Assembly: GCF_001194135.2 (NCBI RefSeq)
Contig: NC_068986.1
Location: forward strand, 38,134,048-38,198,047
Direction: 5' to 3'
DNA length: 64,000 nucleotides
Source: Octopus bimaculoides
Lineage: Eukaryota
A program made the position numbers and the translations under genes. Below the pieces are notes generated by a model. It worked only from the letters and a program-made list of their open reading frames with translations, did not search any database and was not told where the DNA came from. Shown piece by piece: positions 13,881-26,130 of this stretch (its first letter is position 1; each line of letters starts with the position of its first letter).

Positions 13881-13961
13881 CAATACAGAGACTTTGTTAA
13901 GGAGGGGAGCACCACTGTGTAGCCGGAGTATTGATTCATTGTTGGAAGGAGAGGAGGCCAT
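13881..13961 (-). CDS. CENPM: CENP-M coding exon 1 (MASSPSNNESILRLHSGAPLLNKVSVL)
   Basis: ATG in caaaATGGCC context and GT donor (ttg|gtaaac). 81 nt, phase 0 into exon 2. ILRLHSGAPLLNKVSVL resembles the human CENP-M N-terminus VLRPLDKLPGLNTATIL (recalled sequence). Confidence 0.8.
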
Positions 13962-14060
13962 TTTGAAACTGCCGCTGAATCTATTTTGAATTAATAATAA
14001 CACTTGACATTCCCATTCGAAAATTTCGTATCTAAAAAAATTACACATCGCTTAAAAAAT
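13950..14060 (-). promoter_or_regulatory. Putative CENP-M core promoter / 5' UTR
   Basis: YY1-type AAAATGGC motif overlapping the start codon, with CpG-containing sequence here and in the adjacent intron 1 against a CpG-poor background. Confidence 0.45.
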
Positions 14061-14625
14061 ATAATTGTGTGAAAAAAATTACTTAATTATTATTGTTTTT
14101 ATTAAATTAATTATTTGAACTCTTTCCCATGATTAACATTTAGTACGTATATTTTTTTTTAAATCTAGCTCTCTATAAGAATAAAAATACCTCCCTGTTC
14201 AAATTTATAATTATTGTCAGCTAACCCATTATCGCTTATGGTCCTTTATATAGGATCAGGAAGATAATCCATCATATTTCTGCAACACCTGTACTTTTCT
14301 GAGATATCTTTAGTTAATCATCGAGACTGGAATGTCTTTCAAATATTACACCTACTGTCTGATGTATATTCGCAACACTGATACCTCAGTTTTCAGTACA
14401 GTGTGAAGATCTTTAGGTAAAGGATACATTCAGTTTCGTGTAATATCAGACAGAAATTTTTCAGTAAGTTGTACTTATATCCAACCAATATTTGTATATA
14501 GTATAAATAATTATTCTAACTGACCAATAAAGTCAAGAAAATCTTTGAAAGTAATTTTGCTCAAATATAACATGTTATAAAAGTTTGGTTCTAATATAAG
14601 GGCTATGGTCATTAGAACTCCATTT

Positions 14626-14794
14626 GGTAATTTTTCAGATTAACACCAGCACGATTTTCACTAGGGTGTTAGGGTTTTAGGGTCAGGGTTAGCGTTAGGA
14701 TTACGGTTTTAGGGTCAGGGTTAGTGTTAGGTTAGGGTTAGGTTTAAGGTTTTAGGGTTAGGTAATCGTGCGGGTGTTGATCTGAAAAATTACC
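14626..14794. mobile_element. Merlin-type MITE with internal TTAGGG-like repeats
   Basis: 31-bp TIRs GGTAATTTTTCAGATYAACACCMGCACGATT (14626-14656 / 14764-14794, 2 mismatches). Perfect 8-bp TSD CTCCATTT on both sides. GG termini with an 8-bp TSD fit Merlin. Confidence 0.85.
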
Positions 14795-15152
14795 CTCCAT
14801 TTTTCCCGTTTCTATGGATGTTGCATAAAAAAGAAAACGCTTTGCAGGGGCAAGCTTTTTTATGCTGTAAACATTTTCTATATATAGACAGCTGTGAAAA
14901 AAAAAACCCATCTATTTGTTATTTTCTTTCTATATTATTCTTATTTTAGTTTTTATTTTCAGATACTCTCCCATGGCTTTCTACCATTCAGTCAAGTCAT
15001 TCTATTCAGTTCATGATGCAGTAAATTAAGCAGAAGAAAATGAGTCTCCTTGTGATGAAAACTTGGTGCTAGTATAGTATGTGGTCTACCACGGTGTCAA
15101 ACTGTATAGTCAGGGTTATCACCTTTCCACTTGCGGTTTATCTTACATTGAA

Positions 15153-15886
15153 ATGTTACTAAAAGATTTTTATACACGTCATCTTTACAGAGGAAACAGC
15201 AGTCACATTTTTACAAGATTACAATCTACTGGATACACAAGAAGCAGATCCATGCCGTCGATGCGGTGCTGTCATGCAGGAAAGACAAAAACGTGACAGA
15301 GGTAGACAATTCAGGCCTGTACTTCGTTGTCCTCGAAAGGGGTGTCAAACTTCACGTTCAGTTCATAAAGGAAACCAATTTTTCCATTATTTGGACATTA
15401 ACAACAAATTAAGCTGCAAGCTGAGTCTGAGTGAGATTCTAGAACTGATATGTATTTTTTGTCATGGATAAACCCATAACCACAGCAGTGACTCTAACAG
15501 GAAAATCTAAGAATGCAATAACTGACTGGTACAATATGTGCCACAAGGTGTGTGGAGCCATAGTTTATCATGAACGACGAGGGAAGATCGTTGGAACAAA
15601 CGATAACCTAACCCCATTCAGATTGACGAAGCAAGATTTGCTGGTCGACGAAAATACAATCAAGCAAGAATGCTGAATGGTGACAACACTCCTCTCTTCA
15701 AAGACAGTGATGCAGAACAACGAAACAACAGGAACCATGGATGTAGAATTGACAGACCGTGTGTTTTTGGTCCCAAACAAGGCTCAGACTGTCGATACTT
15801 TTGTGTGGAATGGCATGATCCCAGTTATTGAGAAAGAATGTGAAAAAAGTTCAGTAATTCATTCAGATGAGTGGCCCGCTTATTGA
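15153..15886 (+). pseudogene. Merlin (IS1016/IS1595-like) DDE transposase remnant, frameshifted and 3'-truncated
   Basis: N-terminal zinc ribbon CRRCGAVM..RCPRKGCQTSRSV, then QIDEARFAGRRKYN and VIHSDEWPAY motifs across frameshifts. The third catalytic residue region is absent. Confidence 0.88.
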
Positions 15887-15904
15887 TATGGTTGAAATTC
15901 CTAC

Positions 15905-16547
15905 AGATGTCCCCTGAAGGATGACAAATCCCAGAAAAAGGAAAATCGTGGATCCTATGACTACAACTTCGAAGAAAAAGAAGAATTCTGTTTGAAATGG
16001 CATGACAACAATGTTTTCACAATTGCAAGCAATCATCAGTCTGCCACCCCTGTTGGAAATGCTAAAAGATGGTCAACCACATAGAAAGGAAATATATGTT
16101 CCTCAGCTATTTCTCATATCTGAGTATAACGAATATATGGTAGGTGTGGACCACTTAGACTGGCTTATCCAAAAGTATCGCATCTCTGTTACATCTAAGA
16201 AGTGGTACTTTAGTCTATTCACAAATTTCCTTGATGCTATGATGGTTAATTCCTGGGTTGTACATTGTTTTGCAAATGAAAATACTTTGACATTACTAGA
16301 TTTCAAGAGGTCAGTTACACAAGCTTATTTGGAGTTATCCTCAGATTCTGATCCCAAAAATTTGGTATGGCCGAAGGTATTTTCTTCAAAAGTAATACCA
16401 GAAATTAGATTTTCTACTACTGAACATATTCTTGATAGGAAAGAAAGAAAATGTGCCCTTTGCAGAAAAAAAAAAGTTTCAAAACAATGTGTAAAATGTA
16501 ATGTTGGTCTTCATATGGGTTAATGTTTCAACAAATGGCATTCGAAT
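15905..16547 (+). pseudogene. piggyBac transposase C-terminal remnant (frameshifted)
   Basis: RGSYDY..KWHDNNVFTIASNH, then YNEYMVGVDHLDWLIQKYRISVTSKKWYFSLF (third catalytic D region), and a Cys-rich tail RKCALCRKK..CVKCNVGLH. Confidence 0.9.
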
Positions 16548-17046
16548 TAATGTGTATTTAGATTGTTCAGAAAAACAATTCTTTTTGATTCTTTTTTTTT
16601 TTCAAGTAATATGCATTTTATTTGAATTAATAAGTAAATAAAAGAGTGTTTTTTTAAAATTTTTATTTTCCTTTTTGAAATCAAGTATTCTACTTTAAAA
16701 ATCCTGTTTTTTTAGCAAAAGCACCCAATATGCCCATGGTCCTAAAAAAAAGACCAAACTAAAAATGTGCTTTTTTTTCTTAGAATATTATAATAAATTT
16801 TTTTTGTATACTCAGTATTAGATAAAGTTGTATAAAAAGAAGATTTTTGGTAATAAATTAAAGAAAAAAATTTGGGCACTAATGGGTTAACTTTCATCTT
16901 CAATAAAATAAGTGCCACCCATGTACTAAGTTAGATTTAATGGACTATTCCTAACCTCAAAATATCTGGTCATCTCCCTATGTTAGAAATCATAGTGACA
17001 AACATAATAGTTTACACTGCTATCACCACAACTACGGTAGCAATAC

Positions 17047-17550
17047 AACTGAGTTATTCCATATCAAATCACCCAGTTTCAGAAAAATTTCCCAGGTCAT
17101 CCCCTCAGACCCCCCTGCTCAGGTTACTGTTCAGAAATGGTCTACTATATGCTAAGTAACAGGAAAAAAAATTGTGGTTGCTTTCTCTAGTGTACATGTT
17201 GAGATAAAATACCTAAAAGAAGCATACATTTGCTGTGTGTTTAACCCATGGCAATTTTCAGAGGCCTGTAAATGGAAAAATATAGATATCTGAACTCTAC
17301 AGAAAAAGTTAGCCCCAAAGTTGTGTTTACCTTATTAGAGGAGAAATGGCTGTCTCAAGTTGGTCCAAGAGGCTCATTCAGAAAAAAAAATGTATAATTA
17401 ATATTTTAAAGGCCTACAATTTCAAAACTATATAAGATATTGACCTAATACTTGATATTTTTCCATCGTATAGGTACAGGAGCTAGTATGAATTTTTTCA
17501 GGGGGATCTGATGGGGTGACCTGGGTGATTTGACATGGAACGACCCAGTT
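17047..17550. mobile_element. Non-autonomous TIR DNA element, superfamily unassigned
   Basis: Imperfect inverted termini aactgagttattccatatcaaatcaccca..ccaggtcatcccctcagacccccctg / cagggggatctgatggggtgacctgggtgatttgacatggaacgacccagtt. Confidence 0.7.
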
Positions 17551-19511
17551 ACTCTTATTAACACCACCAACTGCGAAAAGGGAATCTTCACTCATAACAA
17601 GAATACTTCAGTTGAGTAACTGGAAAAGTATGGGAAGCATATCGTTGGACCAGGTTTACATTTTTTCTATATAACAAACCAAGAAAGTATAACATAACAG
17701 TCAAGAGATGCCTGAAAGGAGTGTGATCTACTATATAGCACCCAAAGAAATGCAATCACTACAGTTTAGTGGAGTCTTAAGCCACAGTGAGGTGGAAGCA
17801 AAAATTTCCATGACAGCAAGGTGATCACATAACATGTCATTTTTCCAGCTGTTGTGGTGGTGGTGGGTTCCTCTCTGTACTTAAGAATTACTGTCTGGAA
17901 AAATGACATCTGTGACTAAAAGAAGGATAACACAAAGACAAACTCCTCGAATTCATTGTTGTTTGAAAGGACAACAATGAGTCCATGGGACACACAAAAC
18001 ACAATCCAAAGCTATAAATCTACAAATGAAAAGGATGGGCTTTGAGAACATCATCCAAAAAATACCAGTGGAAAGATTTTGGATACACTTGATAAGTTTA
18101 CCATGTCCACAAATAAGGGATTGGTGTCTGTTCCTTGAGTCCAAAATGTTACCTTTCTCATTTTCTTCACACTTCTTATGCTGGTCGTATAAATAGAAAT
18201 GACAGAAACACGTAAAAGATGAAAATTAAAAGATAACATGTTGTCATGTGACCCAGGCTGATGTCAGTGTTGCATAACTGGCATGTACAAAGCACCCGTT
18301 GAATGTTAGGCAACATGCCGTGTTTGAGAAGACCCATCAAACCATGTGAAATTGTTGTTGTGGCTGATGCCAGTGTTGCAGAACTAGCACATAAAAAGTA
18401 CCTTCAAACTTTTGGTCTCACAGAGGCAGTGACAAGTGACGGAGATTATTGGCAATATACTGTGCTTGAGAAGACCTGTCAAGCTAAGTTAGGCCATAGT
18501 TGTGGCCAATGGCTCTGTTTCATAACTAGTACCCATACTGGTAGCACATAAAAAAGTATCCGCTACACTCTTGGAGTGGTTGGTGTTGGAAAGGGCATCC
18601 AGCTGTAAAAACTATACCAAATCAGATTTGAACCTGGTGCAGCTTCCCAGCTCAACAGTTTTCAGTCAAACCGTCCAATCCATGCCAGCATGGAAAATAG
18701 ACATTAAATGATGATGAATTCATGGAAGTGTTTTAGGGTTAGGTGAGATGACTTGCAGAATTTGTTCTGTTTCTTTGAGTTCTGAGTGCAATGCTTTTGA
18801 TGAAACTTTATCCACATTAGCTCCTTTTGTTACTATATTACTGTTGAAATATTCTGCCTTTGTTTTGGTTAATTTAGGAAATATTGACAAAGTTGATTAA
18901 ATAATTTTGGTATTGTTAAGTTGGTGTTTGTATCATAAATTAACATGAAATTTGGATGGAAAATTTTAAGTAGATCATGTGGCTGTGCGGTAAGAAGCTT
19001 GCTTCTCAACCACATGGTTTGGGCAAGTGTCTTCTATAGCCTTGGGCCAACCAAAGCCTCATGAGTGGATTTGGTTGACAGAAACTGAAAGAAGCCCATC
19101 ATATGTATGTCAATGTATGTATGTCATCATCATCATTGTCGTTTAACGTCTGCTTTCATGCTGGCATGGGTTGGACGGTTTGACTGAGGGCTGGCAGCCA
19201 GAAGGCTGTACCAGGCTCTAATCCGATGTATTTGTGTTGGTGTTTGCCCCCCGCCCCCACATCACTACTTGGTAACTGGTGTTGGGGTGTTTACATCCCC
19301 ATAACTTAGCAGTTCAGCAAAAGAGACTGATAGAGTAAGTTCTAGGCTTAAAAAATAAATCCTGAGGTTGATTTGTTTGACTAAAACCCTTGAAAATGGT
19401 GCCACAGCATAGCCACAGTCAAATGACTTAAGTTGAAGGATTAAACAAGAATTTTTTTTTTTATCATAGAATCAAGGGCATTCTCAAGTGGGTTAGTATC
19501 AAAAGAGTTAA

Positions 19512-19733
19512 GCCTGTTGCATTGAAATTACTCTGTCAAATGTAGTGCTTATTTTTTCACACTGATTTGAATTAATCATATATTATCTTGTATCTTTTTG
19601 CTTTCAATGATGTGATTTTTTTCATTTTTAGAATGACATTGTAGGTTAGGTGTGAGAGGCTGGATCTGGCCAGTTTGAACATAAAACTTGTTGAATATTT
19701 GGGCTGCATATGGTCAGTTTAAATGCTAAAGGG
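19512..19733. mobile_element. piggyBac-type MITE copy
   Basis: TTAA at both ends, right end aatgctaaaggg|ttaa, shared internal sequence. Confidence 0.75.
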
Positions 19734-20899
19734 TTAAAGCAGTAGCCTTTCCCTTGAACCACCACAAAATCCTGTCTTTGTAGTGGTATGGTGGCTTGCC
19801 TGCTTCAGTGACTCCAAGAGCTATTCTAGGGGAGCACAGGTCAAAGGCTAGAGATCAGACTAATGTAGATCACCTCTTCCCAGAAGTCCTTTCTACTGTA
19901 GGCACAAGTTGAGCCAGTGCTCAGCTAGTACTTATTTCATGAGCCCTGAAATGATGAAAGGCGAAGATGACTTCAGTAAAATTTGAACCCAGAAAACTCA
20001 GAACTTAGAAAGGGATGAAATTCCACTAAGCATTGTGCTAATTGTCTGCCACTGAACTGTGCTGCACCTTGGGCAAGTGTCTTCTGTTACAGCCCCAGGT
20101 TAATCAAAGCTTTGTCAAGGGATTTGATAGCGGAAACCGAAAGAAGCCTGTTATGTATAATCCTTGTCTTGACATCACATAGTGATTGTAAATAAGTATC
20201 ACTGTCATATAAGTGATGCTATTTGTTTCCAGTCTTTCATTGAAAAATATTCTGCATGGGATCTATTATCTTGCTTGGAAATAGGTTGGCACCAGGAAGG
20301 GCATCTGACCATAGAAAATTGACCTCAACAAATTCAAATTTTGTCTGACTCGTGCAAGCTTAGAAAAGTGGACATTAAATGACGATGATGATGATGACGC
20401 CAAGCACATCGGTAATTCTTTTATTTGATCTCCTGTGTATAACGAAGTGAAAAAGATTGAATATTACTGTTCAAGACAATCACTTGCACTGCTAGATATA
20501 GCAGATGATCTTCCTCAAATTATTTCATACTGTTTTATAAAGAGAAAGATTATCTTCGATAATTCAGTCCTGGACATGCACTATCAAATAAATAAATAAA
20601 AGACAGGATGATCATAGCTTGAATGCTTTTGTTAGTAGGTCAGCTCAACCAGGACTCATCTGGGTTATACAATAACAATAACAACCAGATGAACTCAGCC
20701 ATAAACAAATGCAATAACTGTTGCAGGGCAATGGCACTTTATTTACTCGGGCATCCAGGTCAGAGGATAAAAGAAATCCTTAGAGATTTGTGCTATGGAA
20801 GTCAGTATGAGGAAAGTGTTTGAAAGGACAAAGGCATTTTAAATGCTCTCTATCTTTCCGATTATTCTATCAAATCATCATCAACATCATCAGTTTTAA

Positions 20900-21109
20900 C
20901 CCTTCAGCATTCAGATTACTCTGTTAAATGTAATGCTTATTGTTTGGGATTAATCATGTACTACCTTGTAGCTTTGAGATTCCATTAAAATGATTGTTAG
21001 TCTTTAGAATGACATTGTAGGGCAGATGTGAGAAGCCAGATCTGGTGAGTTTGAACATAAAATGGCTGGGATATTTGGGTTACATATGACTGTTTTGAAC
21101 TTTAAAGGG
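20900..21109. mobile_element. piggyBac-type MITE copy
   Basis: ttaa|cccttcagcatt ... taaaggg|ttaa. Confidence 0.8.
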
Positions 21110-24076
21110 TTAAAATAAATAAAAAAATCAGTGTCATAATAGGGAGATAATTCAAGTCTAGAAGTGCAGGATATCATTTCCTACAAATGCTGCTGGCAAA
21201 ATTAGTACCATCTGCATTCTTTCACCATGATCAGTAGCAAAGAAGCTATCTAATCTTCAAAAAAAAAAAAAATGAGTCTGATACAGAATCCTTCCAGATC
21301 ATAACAAAATGATGGAAAACATAAGCAAAAAAAAAACAAAAGCAAATAGATATTAAACTGATAATGATAACGAATGTGACTGGCAGTATTCACAGTCATT
21401 ATGATGGTAATGGCAGCGGTGGTGGTGGTTTGGGTTGATAAAGCTATACCAAAAGACGACTGCTGTGGAGTAGTCTTAGTTTAAATGGAATGAGCACTCA
21501 ACATATATATCAACTTAATTGATATTGAAATACGGACTATTTATTTTTATTGCAATTTATTATCTGGCAAACTTGTTATGACATATTAGGAACCCCCCCC
21601 CCCCAAAAAGGAAACTAAACTATACAAACTTCCATGCTCTGTTCACAGTATACCAAATATGGTCATAGTCTTTACCAAGCTTACATGAAGTGGCAGATAA
21701 GTTTACATTCTTTAATGACATCTTACATCATCCTAATCATCATCATCATCATCATCATCTGTCCACTTTCTGTGCTGGCATGAATTGGACAGGTTGTCAT
21801 AGTCCAAGTCAGTTCTTATTTGGAGTTACTGTCCACCCCATCACCTCTTGATAAAGCTTTTATACTGTTGTTTTTTTTTCTGCCTTTAGCTAAAATTTAT
21901 AACACTTAATCATACTCACAGCTTTTTGCCTTTTAAATGGAACAAAACAACAAGAAATATGATGCTATGAGCAGTCCCTTGACCTGCTAGAAATAGAAGA
22001 CAAATCTCATTCATATCACACCCTATCATCATTATCATCATCATCATCATCATCAATGTCTGCTTTCCATGCTGGCATGGGTTGGATGGGTTTGACAGGG
22101 AACCAGCAAGTTGCAAGGCCATGTTGAGCTCTACTGTCTTCTTTGACATGGTTTCTATGACTGGATTCCCTTCTTAATGCCAACCACTTAGCAGAGTGCA
22201 TTGGGTGTAACTTCAAGATTGAAAAAGAACAGGGAAGAAGGAAAAGGAAAATGCTCCCACTACTCAGAGGAAGTATTTTGGAGGAGGAGGTCAACATGGG
22301 TGGCCTTATCCCAGGAAGTGAAAGGATAAAGTATGATAGAAGGATAAGCACAGTTGTCTTGATGTAGAGGAGATATATGGCAAAAAAAAAGGACCCATTG
22401 AGTAATATGGTCCTGGATTCTCTATGCAGAAAAAAAAAAAGACAGGATGGTCACAGTCGGAATGCCTTTCATCATAGCTTTGAGTGCTTGATCAGGTTAG
22501 CCTGAAGTTAAATAACAATAACAGGATGAAAAAAAAAGGGATAAAGACCCTCTTCAGTCATGAATGACCAAGGAATTGCACCTAGAAAGTTACCCTCCAA
22601 AGCACAAGTCCAGGCTAGGTCGTTTATGGAAGACCAGCAGTCACCTATGTATACTAGCCTCCCTTTTCCATGCCACCAGTGTTATCCAAAGGAAAGGCAG
22701 AGGCCAATACAGCTTGGCATCAGTAATGTCACAATTCATTTCAAAAGATGAGTGAACTGGAACAACATGAAATAAAGTGTCTTGCTCAAGAACAACATGC
22801 AGCTCAGTCCAGGAATCACATTCATTACCTCATGATTGTGAACCTGATGCTCTCCCCACTAAGTCATGCACCTTCACAACAACAACAACTTCTACATTGT
22901 ACCAATTCATAATAAGAGTTTGTTCAAAACAGACACTGCAAATTACCAGTGCAACAAGATATGAATTATGGTCAATAGTCCAACATTGTGCTGAACTGGC
23001 AAGTTGTAGCTCTTTTAATATTTTGAATAGCCTTTTCAAAATATAAATCAAATGTGTAATCAATACCAACAACATACTTTAAGACTTTAAAATACATTCT
23101 AAAGAACAAACAGCATGACATTATTTAATTCCATCTGCTTCTTGTTTATTTTTCATTCTTAGTAACCACTTAGTTCTTACGTTTTATGTTCTTTGCAAAA
23201 TATCTCATTAAAAATCACTAGTTTGAAGTAGGCTAATCTTTCATTTTTATTTTTTAAATCAGCATTTATATACAGTAATGGTCTTAAATCAAAGATGATA
23301 GATATATTTAAAATATATTGATATTAATTTATACTGATAATCATCATCATCATCATCATCATCGTTTAACGTCCGCTTTCCATGCTAGCATGGGTTGGAC
23401 GATTTGACTGAGGACTGGTGAAACCGGATGGCAACACCAGGCTCCAGTCTAATGTATATGATATTTGAAATATTAAAATTGGTCATTCTGCAAGATTATT
23501 AATGAGAAATAGCTTAGCATTATTCATTTGTTTGTTCATTTTATGTCCATTTTTTCCCCATGTTTGCTTGAGTTGGACAAATTTTGTTATTTGAGGCATT
23601 GTTTTATAGGAAAATGCTCCTCTTGGCACTAACCCATACCTGTTCTTCAAGTAAAGGATCATTTATTCCACACAGCTTCCAAGACACAAAGTACCTGGGT
23701 GATTTGTTGACAAGAAACACTGACAACAACACCAACAGCTGCACTTTTACAAAAGCAATGGCAGGCATAAACGAATACAAACACAAATAGTCATTCATCC
23801 TGCTAGAAACAACAGTCAAGTCTTCATCAAATAACAGCCTATAGTCTTAAAGAAGAAATAAAGGACATGAGACATCAAGGAAGCCTCTACATGGTCACTC
23901 AACTTTCTCCAAATAGCAGCCAAATCTCTTGCAAATGGTACTGTATTATGATAGAAAAGGAAGAAAATTTGTATAAGGTAATGTTAGATATGTTGCCTGA
24001 AAAGAAACACTGGATGGAAAAAGCTTGAATGTCTTTGATCATAGGAGTCTTTTGATTAGGGCTGAATTTTAAAGGG

Positions 24077-24406
24077 TAAAGACCTCCTTCAGTCATAAAT
24101 GACCATGGGATTGCACTTAGAAATTACCCTCCAAGGCACAAGTCTGAGCAAGGTTGTTTATGGAAGACCAGCAGTCGCCCATGCATACCAGCCTCCCCTC
24201 TTCACATCACCGATGTTATCCAAAGGAAAGGCAAAGACCGATACAGCTTGGCACCAGTGATGTCACAACACATTTTCACAGCTGAGTGAACTGGAGCAAC
24301 ATGAAATAAGGTGTCTTGCTCAAGAGCACAACACACAGCCCAGTCTGGGAATTAAACTCAAAACCTCATGATTGTGAGCCTGACGCTCTAACCACTGAAC
24401 CATGTG
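24077..24406 (-). mobile_element. tRNA-derived SINE family B
   Basis: Head gttcagtggttagagc..gagtttaattccc, then gtgctcttgagcaagacac..ttgctccagttcactcagctg. Other copies sharing the head at about 22542-22877(-), 36714-36960(+), 38612-38857(-), 40355-40612(+), 49560-49755(-) and 54589-54830(+). Confidence 0.78.
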
Positions 24407-25689
24407 CTAAACTGTATACCTGCAAAAAAATGATGGGGTGGTCACAGCTATTGACTGACTACTTATGTGCTATAGACTGTTCAGTCAGGGCTTATCTAGG
24501 GCTAATACAAAAACAAGAATGGAAGAAAAATTATTTAAGTAATCAGTATTGTGAACCCCAACAACAGATCATAATGTTAATTTTTTTAGCTTCAGTTCTT
24601 AAGTGAATATAGGGAGGAAGCTCCTGGATAACAAAGTGACATCACCAGAAAATCTAGTAGTACCAGTTCCTGGTATTTAAATGAATTGGGGCATGTAGAA
24701 TTAAGTGCCATGCCTGGAGTTACAACAAGAGTAAATTTATTCTGTGAGTTACTAATGACCTTGCTAGTAGTGGTGCCACACAAAATGCTCTCACTATTCT
24801 CTGTAATGAGGTTAACACTAAGGAAGGCATCCAACCATAGAAACCATTTCAAGGCAGACATTGGAGCTTGGCACAACCCTTAGGCTCACCAGCTCCTGTT
24901 GAACTATCCAACCCATGCTAGCTTGGAAAACAGATGTTAAATGATGACGATAATGGTGGTGGTGGTGGTGGTGGTGATAATGATAGTTAAAAATATTGTA
25001 CCAAGAAATGTCATTATGTTTAACATTTAATTTTAATGAAAATATTTCTCATCAAGAATAGATGTTTTTTTCAGACACCATTTAAGGGTGTAAATAAATG
25101 TGCATAAATAATCTTAAAAGAAATACTCAAAAGCCTCACAGCCAGATCATTTAATCAATTCTGACATTCTCAGGTTGGACGTAATATATGCAAAATTATG
25201 AATGAATTCTGAATGAAGTGAATTCAGCATATTTCTTGCCTGTTTTACCATACTAAAGTGACATATACTCTTCAAAACTGGCTGGTCTTGTGCTACCTTC
25301 CCTCAGGCCAGAATGAAACGATTGGGTGCAGCTGTTTGGATGCTGAAAATTTGGTATAGCTGACTGAATATTGAACCTGGTTTAGCAACAGTACTTTTTG
25401 GCCCTGGAGGCAGACAAACACATATACACACAGAAATACACAGATAGAGAGAGAGAAAGAGAGAGAGAGAGACATCAGTTTATCAATACAACAGGATTGA
25501 CGTAAGTACTTTCCCTCTCCTTAAATATACATAAAGTGAAATATACTCACATACATAAACAGAGAGAAAGTTGGGAGAGAGAGGGAGAGGAAGAGAATGA
25601 GAGAAACATTAAAATTTCTGATGTTAAATAAGTCAGCTTCAGTCAGTGACACCAAATAAATGATGCCGTGCCAAAATGTCTCATATGCT

Positions 25690-25830
25690 TCACACACACT
25701 CCAGACTCACTCATCTCTTTTATTTTTGTTATCACGCTAGCCCCTGCAATAATTATTATGTCCAGGCTTTTCTCCTTAAAACAGTAGCCCTTTGGAACCA
25801 CCTCCCTGCACATGTGTCTCTAAGTCCATC
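25690..25830 (+). pseudogene. CR1/L2-like LINE ORF2 C-terminal fragment
   Basis: YVQAFLLKTVALWNHLPAHV resembles the SFFPRT..LWN.LP tail motif. The adjacent 25300-25640 sequence recurs at about 30-140 and 555-600. Confidence 0.5.
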
Positions 25831-25896
25831 TAACCCTTATTCTGAGGTCACTGATTCCTAGTCTATGTTTAGTGGCACATTGTTCAGAGGAAAGAC

Positions 25897-26130
25897 TTAA
25901 TATTCACAACCAGCTGCCTGACCCATTTCCTGATTATTAAGTCTATTTGACTTGCATGTTTCCCTGTTTGGTAGATTATCAGGTGGCTGACCAGTATCAT
26001 AGAAGTTAGTGCTGCAAATGGTTAAGTCATTTGCATTACAAAACTCCAAGAGCCTTGATCCTTCTTCATTCCTTCTATCATCTATAACCTCCATATACAC
26101 TGGAATAGCCATTGTGCCATTGCTTAACAT
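25897..26130 (-). pseudogene. RTE LINE apurinic endonuclease fragment
   Basis: RNEEGSRLLEFCNANDLTICSTNF motif typical of the C-terminal part of LINE APE domains. Confidence 0.75.

Larger units (their letters stand above)
14225..16886 (+). mobile_element. Degenerate piggyBac (PGBD-like) transposon shell with nested Merlin sequences
   Basis: Right end gggcactaatggg|TTAA (16886). Candidate left end ctaa|cccattatcgc (14225) is an imperfect match. Transposase N-terminal and C-terminal remnants lie inside. Confidence 0.65.

Noticed and set aside
23400-23430. CTGAGGA-ctggt-GAAA in RTE tails as a hammerhead
   Set aside because: Stem II is only 5 nt and cannot pair, and there is no NUH triplet with a matching stem I.
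25293-25410. AG..GT exon-like segment GQKVLLLNQ..
   Set aside because: The same sequence recurs at about 30-140, so it is an interspersed repeat.
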